Counted from the stretch's first letter, positions 28,085 to 37,563 are shown. The stretch: DNA of 64,000 nt from Candidatus Woesearchaeota archaeon (GCA_020637435.1 JACJVW010000001.1:150237-214236); one strand, 5' to 3'. Notes: generated by a model not told the origin, from the letters alone. Numbers and translations are program-made.

Positions 28085-28885
28085 CTAGAAATAACCGCTA
28101 AGCTTCTCTAACTTCTCACGCTGACAACGGGTAGATGCATGCTTTTGCAGATACGCCAGCTGGAAAAACGAGAAGTCTGCAAAATTATCCAGAGCATGAG
28201 AGATGGAATCTCCGCTCATATATATTTTGAGATCCTCATTGTACAGCACAGGTGCATCATGCATGATCTTGGCAGGAATCCTGCATTGCACCGGACAGAC
28301 CTCATAGACTTCATGAGATGTGGGCGCAGGCACATCTGAAAGAATCATGAATGGGCGAAAAGCCTCACGCATCTGACGGGCATAGAAACTTTCAGTATGT
28401 GCAGCCCAGCTGACCGTGTCCCGAAGATGCTCGACGAACAATGCGTATGCTTCCCTCATATTTTCTGCGCACCCTTCGACCTCCATACACCCGGGTATAC
28501 GGGGGTTCGTCAGTGCCACACCCCGTTGCCACGCACGAAAGACATACGGAAATGGCTGCAACAGAGGAACGCCGAATAAGGATTCTATATGACCTATCTC
28601 TGACTTGCCGTCAAGATGCCTACCATCAAGCGCAAGACTTGCGATGGACTCTGGCTCATGGATAGCTTCAGCACGATGTTCAAGATCCCTGTCGATGCCC
28701 TTCCATCCGCAATCCTCTGAAAGGATAAAGTCACCATTGTCTAGTGCGACTACATCATGCATACGGTCACCAAGCATGACATTAGGCAATAATTCTCCCT
28801 TAGACTGTTCAGCGGAATTTTTACCGATGTAGCGGCGATTGTCGCTTTGCACAAGGACTCGCATCTCGTAGAAGAACATATCCAA
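28085..28885 (-). CDS. hypothetical protein, paralog of the next gene
   Basis: It shares LDNG.(F/Y)(I/L)..(D/E).C and C-terminal helical segments with the product of 28894-29796. No family was recognised; there is only a weak HicB/UPF0150-like impression. Confidence 0.5.
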   Translation of the reverse strand: MDMFFYEMRVLVQSDNRRYIGKNSAEQSKGELLPNVMLGDRMHDVVALDNGDFILSEDCGWKGIDRDLEHRAEAIHEPESIASLALDGRHLDGKSEIGHIESLFGVPLLQPFPYVFRAWQRGVALTNPRIPGCMEVEGCAENMREAYALFVEHLRDTVSWAAHTESFYARQMREAFRPFMILSDVPAPTSHEVYEVCPVQCRIPAKIMHDAPVLYNEDLKIYMSGDSISHALDNFADFSFFQLAYLQKHASTRCQREKLEKLSGYF

Positions 28886-28893
28886 GTTTAAAT

Positions 28894-29796
28894 TTATTTG
28901 TAATACGCCTCAAGCATCTTAAGTCGTCTTACCTGAGCCTTTGTCTTACCTTCAAGATGAAAAAGATCCTCAAACTGGTAGGTGAACAGGCTCTGGAAAA
29001 GATGCTCAATTTCGGGTAATGAGCTGCCTTCAACATAGACGCCTTCATGCTTGGCAAGAACACCGAACATGCCCGTTTGATCCTGCGAGAACACAACCAC
29101 AGGCACCGCGGTCTTGGCACCCTTAGGCATGATAGTTTCCTCATAGAGATCATATGCTTGCATAGACCGATGCATATCTGCAAGTTCTTCACGGTATGCT
29201 TCAGGATATTCCAAAGGTGCAATATACTTATTGAAGAGCTTAAGCAATGAACTGTGTACCCTGGAATCATACAGATAGCAGTCATCAAGCAGTCTTGCAA
29301 GACTGTCAGCAAGAACATCGATCGCGTCTTGGGGGCTATTCGCGATCCCCTCCTCATTGAGGACTCTGGATAGTTCAGGATTGAATGCCCGGTACCACAA
29401 TTGACCGTCGATATCAGCTTCCTCCACCAAAATAGGGATACGTCGGTTGAGGTTGTAGGGCTCAGGCATCTTATGGATAGCGAACCACTCCTGCCGCCAG
29501 GGGCCATACTCAAGCGTGACCAGATTCTCAAGCACTCCCGATGAGATACGGTCATCCACTGTCAGCCCGTCAAGCTCATGCCGTTTCGTATAGTTGTTTA
29601 CATAGAACCAGGGCCGCATATCACGTGAATATCTGCAGTAGTCATCGAAAAGGTAGCAACCGTTGTCAAGCCTGATAAGCAGAGAGGACTCACCCTCTAA
29701 TTCTCCAAGCAGAACTCCCTGTTCACCTGTCGCATTATTGAGGAATATACGTTCATCCGATAGGATCTGCACCCGAGGTGGTTGCGCGCCGTCCAT
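28894..29796 (-). CDS. hypothetical protein, paralog of the previous gene
   Basis: The start is ATG 29796, where the track used TTG 29802. RLDNGCYLFDDYCRY aligns with ALDNGDFILSEDCGW in the neighbour. Confidence 0.5.
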   Translation of the reverse strand: MDGAQPPRVQILSDERIFLNNATGEQGVLLGELEGESSLLIRLDNGCYLFDDYCRYSRDMRPWFYVNNYTKRHELDGLTVDDRISSGVLENLVTLEYGPWRQEWFAIHKMPEPYNLNRRIPILVEEADIDGQLWYRAFNPELSRVLNEEGIANSPQDAIDVLADSLARLLDDCYLYDSRVHSSLLKLFNKYIAPLEYPEAYREELADMHRSMQAYDLYEETIMPKGAKTAVPVVVFSQDQTGMFGVLAKHEGVYVEGSSLPEIEHLFQSLFTYQFEDLFHLEGKTKAQVRRLKMLEAYYK

Positions 29797-29909
29797 AGCC
29801 AAAGAAGAACGTTTCGTGATTTATAAATGAATCTTTAAAAAAGACCCAAGTAGAAACAAAGTTTGAAGGGTACGCAAGTATTAAAAACCACGATGAACTC
29901 TGTGCATCA

Positions 29910-30128
29910 ATGGCAGATATTAGCAAAGACGAACAGATAGGTATTCACAAAGGAGCACTCTCAACACTCGCAAAAGAAAGGGAAGAGCTCATGAGGCTTG
30001 TGGGAATCTGCGAACAGCTCATGCAGATGCACCTAAAAGGCCTAAAAGAGCTTGGCGTTGACATCGAAGCGCAGGCAAAAGAGTCTCAAAAAAGTAAAGA
30101 TTCCAAGAAAATCGACGACCTTCTATGA
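29910..30128 (+). CDS. small helical hypothetical protein
   Basis: A 72-aa ORF whose end overlaps the next gene by 4 nt, suggesting translational coupling. Confidence 0.45.
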   Translation: MADISKDEQIGIHKGALSTLAKEREELMRLVGICEQLMQMHLKGLKELGVDIEAQAKESQKSKDSKKIDDLL

Positions 30129-30529
30129 AGTACACCTTCACTTGCAAAGGTCACGAGAATCTTCTCGGTACGCACAGGAACACGTTTGAATTCACAAAAG
30201 ACAAACACCTCACAAAAAAAGGGGATTGTATCGTCGGTGTGGAAGCGGATTTTGTTCTTGATAAACTGACCCCCTTCCTGACGAAAGATGACATGGTCAT
30301 CACTATTGTAGTAAATAGCTTAACATGGTCATGCAAGTGCACACCCAACAAAGCATTTCATTCAAATCATGAGATTGTGTGCAGACGTGGTGACTTTGAC
30401 TCGAAGCGAACTCTTGGACTAAGATGCGACAAAGCAGCCATTGACATCCCAAGAGAACTCTTGGAACCGATGAAAAATCCTTCAACCGTAATGCACGTAA
30501 CCTTCCACAATGAAACAAAAAACGCTTAG
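30125..30529 (+). CDS. DUF371 family protein
   Basis: CKGHENLLGTHRNTFEFTKDKHLTKKGDCIVGVEADF matches the DUF371 pattern (GH.N....H.tT.E.Tk...lt..GDCI.gv.ad). Confidence 0.65.
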   Translation: MKYTFTCKGHENLLGTHRNTFEFTKDKHLTKKGDCIVGVEADFVLDKLTPFLTKDDMVITIVVNSLTWSCKCTPNKAFHSNHEIVCRRGDFDSKRTLGLRCDKAAIDIPRELLEPMKNPSTVMHVTFHNETKNA

Positions 30530-30974
30530 AAAATCAGATATCAAAGCCCTCCAAAAAGAGTGTGAAGAACTATATGGTAATTCCATCATAGAAAAGAATC
30601 AGAAAGTCAATATTCTCGAAGACCAGAACAACAAATACATCACCGTTGATGATGAGCTTCGATTCTTCTACGTAGACAACCAACCTGTCCCGGTGCTCAA
30701 ATTCCTCATTAAAAACAGAGTACTAAAATCAGTTACCGTCGACATGGGCGCAGTAAAGTTTGTTACGAACGGCGCCGACATCATGCGGCCGGGTATTACA
30801 AAAGTGGATGATGACATCAAAGAAAACGAACTCGTTATTGTCGTGGACGAGAAGAACAACATGCCACTTGCTATCTGCAGGTCCTCTATGGATACTGAAG
30901 CTCTGCGCAGTGCAACCTCAGGCAAAGTCCTCAAAAATATCCACTACGTCGGCGATGACATTTGGAATTTCTAA
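30510..30974 (+). CDS. universal archaeal PUA-domain protein
   Basis: The C-terminal PUA segment reads AVKFVTNGADIMRPGI...VVDEKNNMPLAICRS. Confidence 0.7.
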   Translation: MKQKTLRKSDIKALQKECEELYGNSIIEKNQKVNILEDQNNKYITVDDELRFFYVDNQPVPVLKFLIKNRVLKSVTVDMGAVKFVTNGADIMRPGITKVDDDIKENELVIVVDEKNNMPLAICRSSMDTEALRSATSGKVLKNIHYVGDDIWNF

Positions 30975-31005
30975 TACCAACAAAAAAGAATCTTTGTGCA
31001 AAAAA

Positions 31006-31650
31006 CTAAGGAATCTTAATTTCACTAAACGTTGAAACAACCTGGTCAGCTTCAGCTAATTTCTCTAAAGAGTAGGTAGTACCAATTCCAATGCAATACA
31101 TCCCTGCACGCTTTGCGGCGGTGATACCATGCGGTGCATCCTCAATGACCATACAATGTTCAGGAGCCACACCTAATTGGCGAGCACCGTACAAAAAAAT
31201 CGCAGGGTCGGGTTTTGAAATCCCACCAACATCATCAATACTAAACACCTGACCATTAAACAATTTATCAAGCAGCAAATGTCTATTGACATCCCGAAGG
31301 AGAGGCTTATGCATAGCTGTCGCAACACATGTTGCATACCTCGAAGAAACAGTTTGATAAAAATCTTCAAACCCGGGAACATAAGTTACTGAGGTACGAA
31401 ACATTTCCTGAACAATGTCCATTCGCTCTTGAGCAAGCATTACATCATCGCCAACAAGTGTCTCAAAACCAGCCAATTTTTTCATCAGTCGCACCCCGTC
31501 AACCAACGATTGACCAGTCAACAAAGGCTTATGTGTTGGACGGTCGTATACAATACCATACCTCTGCAAAAACGCAGTGGTTGCGATATCCCATACATGT
31601 TCAGAATCAACAACTACACCTTCCGCATCAAAAAGAATTGCCTTGATCAT
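31006..31650 (-). CDS. HAD-superfamily hydrolase (subfamily IA, beta-phosphoglucomutase-like)
   Basis: Motif I is ILFDAEGVVVDS. The sequence also contains ISKPDP and VIEDAPHGITAAKRAGM. Confidence 0.8.
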   Translation of the reverse strand: MIKAILFDAEGVVVDSEHVWDIATTAFLQRYGIVYDRPTHKPLLTGQSLVDGVRLMKKLAGFETLVGDDVMLAQERMDIVQEMFRTSVTYVPGFEDFYQTVSSRYATCVATAMHKPLLRDVNRHLLLDKLFNGQVFSIDDVGGISKPDPAIFLYGARQLGVAPEHCMVIEDAPHGITAAKRAGMYCIGIGTTYSLEKLAEADQVVSTFSEIKIP

Positions 31651-31662
31651 CGCGTGCCGATC

Positions 31663-32118
31663 CTAAGAGCTCACCTTAAGTCTACGTACCTTAGGGATAA
31701 AATTCAACAGCTGATTTCCTTTGACTTTACCGCAGCCGATAAAATCCTCACCATGTTTAATCAGCACAAACCCCTTAAGCTCGCCAAAGTCACGCTTTAA
31801 GTCCTCACCGTTCATCCACGGAATCAAGTCTTCCTGAGTAAGCTGTAAAATATTCTTTGTCGCCGTCTCTCCAACAAGCTGCGCTCCTTCGATACTAAGC
31901 CGAAGTTCTCCGTTCGCAAGCTCACCGAAATAAACACCGATAGAATTAATCCGTAACCGTTCAATATCCACTCGCTCAATCTCTCGAGTCGTGATATGTA
32001 ATTTACCGTTCTTTTCAAGAAACAGATAATCCTCACTAATGCTTGCGCCCCATTGCTCTTCAATCATCTGACGAATTTCCTTAACCTGCTTCGAATTCAA
32101 AAACACTCCTGCAAACAT
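31663..32118 (-). CDS. Nip7-like PUA RNA-binding (ribosome biogenesis) protein
   Basis: The layout matches archaeal Nip7. Supporting segments are SIGVYFGELANGELRLSIEGAQL and KGFVLIKHGEDFIGCGKVKGNQLLNFIPKVRRL. Confidence 0.5.
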   Translation of the reverse strand: MFAGVFLNSKQVKEIRQMIEEQWGASISEDYLFLEKNGKLHITTREIERVDIERLRINSIGVYFGELANGELRLSIEGAQLVGETATKNILQLTQEDLIPWMNGEDLKRDFGELKGFVLIKHGEDFIGCGKVKGNQLLNFIPKVRRLKVSS

Positions 32119-32188
32119 AATACTTTAAAATTGGGGTGTATTTAAATTACTTTTGACTAGATACCCTGCATTTAGTTATACTATTAGT

Positions 32189-32632
32189 TCATTCAGACTC
32201 CTTATAAGCAATCCAGAGAGGATGTTTTAAAGCAGATTTATCGCACAAACGAAATATTCTACCAATTAGCGTAACTGGTTTCTTATCTGTACCATGATTG
32301 AGAATACAATCTGCAATTTCCATTTTATTATCTGTAAACGCTGATAACGAAAGATTGTTTATTAATTTCAAACTTACCTGAGCGTGGCCTTTATCAAGGA
32401 TAGTTTTTCCAATATCATGGAATAATGCAGAGATTATACCAATAGCCTGCCAATTGGGACAGATTTCATCTATCTGCGTTTTGTAACAACAAGAAGTGAA
32501 TTCATCAAGAACGCATAAAGAATGCGTACGAATTGTACTTTTTTGGGTATGATTCTGAAATTCGAAAGAATCAAATATTTTCAAACATTCGCGGTACAAT
32601 ATTTGGTTTTGCTCACTAAAAAGATTTCTCAT
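32189..32632 (-). CDS. HD-domain phosphohydrolase (small, stand-alone)
   Basis: The HD motif ALFHDIGK is present, with upstream His (THSL) and downstream His and Asp (ILNHG, LCDKSA). It overlaps the radical SAM gene by 4 nt. Confidence 0.7.
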   Translation of the reverse strand: MRNLFSEQNQILYRECLKIFDSFEFQNHTQKSTIRTHSLCVLDEFTSCCYKTQIDEICPNWQAIGIISALFHDIGKTILDKGHAQVSLKLINNLSLSAFTDNKMEIADCILNHGTDKKPVTLIGRIFRLCDKSALKHPLWIAYKESE

Positions 32633-33606
32633 TTATGAACCTCCCAAAACTTGTTTTCATGATAAGAATCTTGAAAAACATCAATTAAATACCTCAATCC
32701 AATCTGAAACATCTTTGGGTGAGATGCATCAAGATAGACAGGTGATAATCTACAAGGTATTAACTGCTTATCAGAACTGTAAAAAATAGTATACAATCCT
32801 TCCTGGCAAGGAAGTGAAGAGCAAGAATCACAGAAATCGTCATGATACCTTGTTCCACTAGTGCTGTCCTTAATTCTAACAGTGTGTGATGAATTCTTTA
32901 ATTCATATTCAAGACTAGGTATCCCAAAAAAACGAGTGTATGTAATTTGCCGTGCATGCTTACTTCTTTTTTTTACTTGATTCCTAGCTCTTTCTAACGG
33001 AGTGTACAAAGACCCCCATTGTCCTTTATTACAGGTAGTTGAGTACATATCAAATAGCTTCAAATTAATTCCCAGCTCCGATGTCAAATCCAAGAGACTT
33101 TCAACTTGTCCAAGATTTTCTTCGGTAACCACCATTGCTAAACGATTTAAAATACCCCTTTTTGCAGTTTCTCTTATACTATTCATTGTCCTATCATACA
33201 TCCTCTCAGAAACACCACAAATAGAAGCAAACATATTTTTCTCAACTGCATCAAGACTGATTCTCAGATCTAGCCTCTTCAAAGAACTAAGATCTTCAAT
33301 ATATTTATGAATCATACTCCCATTTGTTGCCAGAGCATATTCCATATCAGTTTGGGTATCCAGGAATTTCATAACATCAATTGTGCCTTTGGCAATCAAA
33401 GGTTCACCCCCTGTAAGTCGAATTTTTGAGATCCCCTCCTGCTGCGCAATTTTCAATTTGGCGCAAAGATCATCTACATCAATGTCTTCTGAATTTGTTC
33501 CAAAACCTTCACCCATACCTCCCTCACCATCAGGACTACAATAATTACACCTGAAATTACACTTGTTAGTTACTGCAACCGTTAAATAAGGGACTTTGTG
33601 AATCAT
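32629..33606 (-). CDS. MoaA-like radical SAM enzyme
   Basis: The CX3CX2C motif lies in VAVTNKCNFRCNYCSP. IRLTGGEPL and ALATNG follow. The C-terminal Cys cluster FCDSCSSLPCQEG...LIPC parallels the auxiliary cluster region of MoaA. Confidence 0.8.
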   Translation of the reverse strand: MIHKVPYLTVAVTNKCNFRCNYCSPDGEGGMGEGFGTNSEDIDVDDLCAKLKIAQQEGISKIRLTGGEPLIAKGTIDVMKFLDTQTDMEYALATNGSMIHKYIEDLSSLKRLDLRISLDAVEKNMFASICGVSERMYDRTMNSIRETAKRGILNRLAMVVTEENLGQVESLLDLTSELGINLKLFDMYSTTCNKGQWGSLYTPLERARNQVKKRSKHARQITYTRFFGIPSLEYELKNSSHTVRIKDSTSGTRYHDDFCDSCSSLPCQEGLYTIFYSSDKQLIPCRLSPVYLDASHPKMFQIGLRYLIDVFQDSYHENKFWEVHK

Positions 33607-34487
33607 GCTCTTTCACCTAGTAAAGTGTGAAACCTCTTCCCCAAATGGGGATCCAGTTTAGTCGCATAAAAGAAACTTACGCTTCTCAGTATCCTGTTTT
33701 CCTCATTATAGTCAATTGCTTCAGAAATAAAGTTGAGATAATCTTGAATTTCTGGGGAATATGATCCGATAATCTCTTGATTCTCAAACCTAGCCAACAT
33801 TCGTTTTCTATGCAAATCTCTTAGAGATTCATATGCATCATCTTGACTAGAAATAGTTGGATATATGTCCTTCAAAAAACTGTATCTCTTCAATAATTTT
33901 CTCCTAATTTTTATTGGGTCATTAATTATATCGATGAGCTTATACCTAGTAGTTGTATTCTTTACAAAAAACTCAAAATTTTTCCCTTCAAAGTACTGAA
34001 AATTGTCGTTTGTATTAGAAGGCAATACACACCCTAAACATTCTATCTCAGTCTGAAAAACATGATCAAAAAAAGATCTCCCCAAGTTTGATACAGTAAT
34101 ACTGGAATAATGTTTAGAATCATTTTTTGTAAGACGGGTTATGGAATCAAAATCCACCAAATGATCAAGACCAAGAAGTTCATAATCAAACTGCCGGTGA
34201 AAAAACTCATCAGCAGAATATTCATTTGGAGAATCGTGTAGCTCCCTGATAGCATCCCTCCTTCTTTTGCGTTGCATTCGTAACTGGTCACGATATGGTT
34301 TATCTGATAATCTAGATGAAAGATAAAGGTACATTGGTATACTATCAACAAGAATTTGAGTGGAACCTCTATTGTAATTCAATTTAACAGAATTCGGAAG
34401 GTCATATACCTTCTTTATTTCAGACTGATGAAGGTCTAACATAAGTTCTCTGAGTGGTTTGTTTCCTTGGTAATTTTTCTGGTTCAT
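33603..34487 (-). CDS. hypothetical protein (first gene of AT-rich island)
   Basis: The start is ATG 34487, where the track used GTG 34502. It overlaps the radical SAM gene by 4 nt. No motif was recognised. Confidence 0.55.
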   Translation of the reverse strand: MNQKNYQGNKPLRELMLDLHQSEIKKVYDLPNSVKLNYNRGSTQILVDSIPMYLYLSSRLSDKPYRDQLRMQRKRRRDAIRELHDSPNEYSADEFFHRQFDYELLGLDHLVDFDSITRLTKNDSKHYSSITVSNLGRSFFDHVFQTEIECLGCVLPSNTNDNFQYFEGKNFEFFVKNTTTRYKLIDIINDPIKIRRKLLKRYSFLKDIYPTISSQDDAYESLRDLHRKRMLARFENQEIIGSYSPEIQDYLNFISEAIDYNEENRILRSVSFFYATKLDPHLGKRFHTLLGERA

Positions 34488-34746
34488 GATCAATAATCTC
34501 ACAGTAATCCCTTAGCTTTAATGTAGATTATCAAGAAGAAATTGAAGAATTTTCAAAACCAGAAAATTATATTGAAAATCTTTGGAACAAGAGTCCAGAA
34601 GAAATAACAATTAAGCAACAGTAGAAATGACCGAGTTGAATAGAATTGGGTAGTTAGTATGCTTAATATCCCAAAATTGATTTGCTCAATTTATAATAGC
34701 ACTACTTTGACTAAACAAAATCTATGAAGTGATTCCTTAAGTTAAG

Positions 34747-34759
34747 TTTATATAAAAAA
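34747..34759 (+). promoter_or_regulatory. TATA box of alaS (leaderless-type spacing)
   Basis: TTTATATAAAAAA is centred about 26 nt upstream of ATG 34778. Confidence 0.5.
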
Positions 34760-34777
34760 CCCCTTTCATTGGGCTCT

Positions 34778-37291
34778 ATGAAACCGGATAAACAAGTCAA
34801 AAAGGAGTTCAAGCTTGAAGCAAGCAAGAATCCCGAAAAATACTATGCTGTAGGCGTGCTTAAGAAGCACGGATATGAAAGAAAGCAATGCACATCATGC
34901 AATACCTGGTTCTGGACTGTAAACACGGACCAGGAAGTGTGCGGAGATTCAGCCTGCAGCGGTGGATTTAGACTCTTTGAAAACAATCCGTGCAAAAGGT
35001 CTATGACCTATGTCGAAGTCTGGCAGGAATTTGCAAAGATGTTCGAAGGTTTCGGCTACACTCCTATCGACCGGTATCCGGTGGTCGCAAGGTGGAACCC
35101 GACTGTAGATTTCACAAACGCTTCTATTGCGGCATTTCAACCGTACGTCATCTCAGGAGAAGTAGAACCACCAGCAAGAAAACTGGTCATCCCCCAGTTC
35201 TCCATCCGTTTTGGAGACATTGAGAATATTGGTATCACCGCATCCCATCAGACCGGTTTCATCATGATTGGACAGCACCAATTTGTCTCAAAGGACGAAT
35301 GGAACCAGGAACTGGCATTTGAAAACATTGTCACCTGGCTTACCGATGGTCTAGGCCTTCCTTACGAAGAAATTACCTTCCACGAAGACGCATGGGCAGG
35401 CGGCGGCAATTTCGGCCCCTGCATGGAATACTTCTCACGCGGCCTCGAGCTAGGCAACCAGGTCTACATGATGTTTGAACAGACACCAAACGGACCTCAG
35501 CCGCTCTCCCTCAAAGTCCTTGATATGGGTATGGGTATGGAACGTAACGCATGGTTCTCCCAGGCAACACCGACCCAGCATCATGCCATCTACCCTAATG
35601 TGCTCAAAAAGCTCATAGCAAAAACCGCAATAGAAGTTGATGAGGCTTTGATGAAGAAATTCATCCCGCTCTCAGGCATGCTCAACATTGACGAAGTCGA
35701 TGACATCGACGAAGCATGGCAACAGGTGGCTGACAAGCTCGGCATAGAAGTCAAATCACTCAAAAAGAAAATCCTTCCCTTCTCAGGAGTGGTAAGCATA
35801 GCAGACCACACACGAACTTTACTCTTCGCGCTAACAGATGGCGCCCTGCCATCCAACACGGGCGGCGGATACAACCTGCGTATTCTTGTGCGTCGGGCTC
35901 TTTCATTCATAGATAAATTTCACTGGGACGTAGACTTGGGAGATGTCTGCGACTGGCATGCGGATGAGCTTCATGAACTCTTCCCTGAACTCAAAGAGGC
36001 AGTGCCAAACATCAGAAAGATACTCAAAGTCGAAGAAAATAAATTCGAGCAGACCAAAGAAAATATCAAGAGCATCGTGCAGAAGATAATCAGTACTGAC
36101 ATCACAGAAGAAAAGCTCCTTGAACTCTACGACTCCAATGGTATTGCACCGCAGCTCATCATTGAAGAGGCAGCTAAGCACGGCAAAGAAATAGAGATGC
36201 CGCAAAACTTCTTCGGCAAAGTGGCAGAACTCCACGAACAGCAGGAACAGATACACGCAACTAAAAAGGACTACTCTCTTGACCTTGAAGGCCTGCCTGA
36301 CACCAAGGCTTTGTACTTCAATGATTACGCAATGACCGAATTTGAAGGCAATGTGGTTCGCATTCTTGGTAAAGACGTCATCCTCGACAAGACAGCATTC
36401 TATCCCACATCAGGAGGACAGCTTCACGACCTTGGAACGCTTGGGGGAGTAGAAGTCGCTGACATCTTTAAACAGGGTGCTATCATCGTACACCGCCTTA
36501 AAGAAGAACCAACCTTCAAAGTTGGTGATGCAGTAGTAGGTAATATCGATTTTGCCAGGCGTCAGCAACTCGCTCAGCACCACACAGCTACCCATATAAT
36601 TAATGCGGCAGCAAGACAAGTGCTCGGTAATCACGTCAACCAGGCAGGCGCAAAAAAGACTGAAGAAAAAGCGCACATCGACATCACTCACTACGATACT
36701 ATCAGCGATGAGGAAATAAAAAAGATTGAAGAAATCGCAAACAAAATTGTGCAGGATGACATTGAAGTAAATCTCTCTTTCATGCCTAGAGGAAAAGCAG
36801 AGCAGAAATATGGCATGACCATCTACCAGGGTGGAGCGGTACCGGGAAAACACCTGCGCATTGTTGACATCGAAGGCACCGACGTTGAGGCATGTGGTGG
36901 CACCCATCTTGACCACACCGGCATCATTGAGAAAATTAAGATTGTCAAGGCCAACAAAATCCAGGACGGAATCATCCGACTGACTTTCACCGCAGGCAAA
37001 GCTGCGGACCACGTCGAAGCAGCTCAGGGAGACCTTCTTGGTGAAGCTGCGAAGATCCTTGAGTGTGAGCCGCAGCAGGTACCTTCTCGAGCCGCAGAGT
37101 TGTTTTCAAAGTGGAAAAAAGCCAAAAAAGCCAGAAAGAAAGGTAAAGAACTCACAAAGGATGACCTGACCCTCAGTTCGACAGAAGTATCATCTGGCGA
37201 TGCTCTTGCAGAAGCAGCTGAAGCACTTTCCACACAACCGGAGCACATCGTCAAGACGCTTACGAGATTCAAGGCGGAACTCAAACCCTAA
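34778..37291 (+). CDS. alaS: alanyl-tRNA synthetase, archaeal type
   Basis: The N-terminus is archaeal type (YYAVGVLKKHGYERKQCTSCNTWFWT). Editing-domain motifs HHTATHIINAA and CGGTHL are present. Confidence 0.95.
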   Translation: MKPDKQVKKEFKLEASKNPEKYYAVGVLKKHGYERKQCTSCNTWFWTVNTDQEVCGDSACSGGFRLFENNPCKRSMTYVEVWQEFAKMFEGFGYTPIDRYPVVARWNPTVDFTNASIAAFQPYVISGEVEPPARKLVIPQFSIRFGDIENIGITASHQTGFIMIGQHQFVSKDEWNQELAFENIVTWLTDGLGLPYEEITFHEDAWAGGGNFGPCMEYFSRGLELGNQVYMMFEQTPNGPQPLSLKVLDMGMGMERNAWFSQATPTQHHAIYPNVLKKLIAKTAIEVDEALMKKFIPLSGMLNIDEVDDIDEAWQQVADKLGIEVKSLKKKILPFSGVVSIADHTRTLLFALTDGALPSNTGGGYNLRILVRRALSFIDKFHWDVDLGDVCDWHADELHELFPELKEAVPNIRKILKVEENKFEQTKENIKSIVQKIISTDITEEKLLELYDSNGIAPQLIIEEAAKHGKEIEMPQNFFGKVAELHEQQEQIHATKKDYSLDLEGLPDTKALYFNDYAMTEFEGNVVRILGKDVILDKTAFYPTSGGQLHDLGTLGGVEVADIFKQGAIIVHRLKEEPTFKVGDAVVGNIDFARRQQLAQHHTATHIINAAARQVLGNHVNQAGAKKTEEKAHIDITHYDTISDEEIKKIEEIANKIVQDDIEVNLSFMPRGKAEQKYGMTIYQGGAVPGKHLRIVDIEGTDVEACGGTHLDHTGIIEKIKIVKANKIQDGIIRLTFTAGKAADHVEAAQGDLLGEAAKILECEPQQVPSRAAELFSKWKKAKKARKKGKELTKDDLTLSSTEVSSGDALAEAAEALSTQPEHIVKTLTRFKAELKP

Positions 37292-37563
37292 GGTTGCAGA
37301 CGCTTAAGCTTTGCTGCAAGTTTTCTTTTTTGATATTCTATATGTTCAAGCTCTTTTGCAAGCCGCCAGGTCTCGCTCTCATCATAAGCGAGCCTTTTAC
37401 CAGGCTGCTCAAGACTGTCTCGTTCAGCCCGCTCTGCATCCTCTTCCATCCTATGTTCATATTTATGAAGAAGAAATGTCAATCGGTCTGCTCGTTGAGA
37501 CAATTGGTCCAGGCGAACTTCGATGTGTTTCGCCGCATTTTCAGGATTTTCCCAAAACCACAT
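37288..37563 (-). CDS. small charged coiled-coil hypothetical protein
   Basis: A 91-aa ORF lying convergent with alaS, with a 4-nt overlap of the 3' ends. Confidence 0.35.
   Translation of the reverse strand: MWFWENPENAAKHIEVRLDQLSQRADRLTFLLHKYEHRMEEDAERAERDSLEQPGKRLAYDESETWRLAKELEHIEYQKRKLAAKLKRLQP

Noticed and set aside
32629-33606. The radical SAM gene considered as the housekeeping molybdenum cofactor enzyme MoaA.
   Set aside because: No moaB/C/D/E, moeA or mobA gene is in the vicinity. The gene is tightly coupled to an HD hydrolase and an unknown protein inside an AT-rich islet. It is therefore annotated only as MoaA-like.
32119-34777. Possible short direct repeats flanking the AT-rich island (TTACTTTTGACTAG near 32148 and CTACTTTGACTAA near 34702), considered as att sites.
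   Set aside because: The match is only about 10 nt and imperfect, in AT-rich DNA, so a chance match is likely. No integrase or tRNA target is adjacent.
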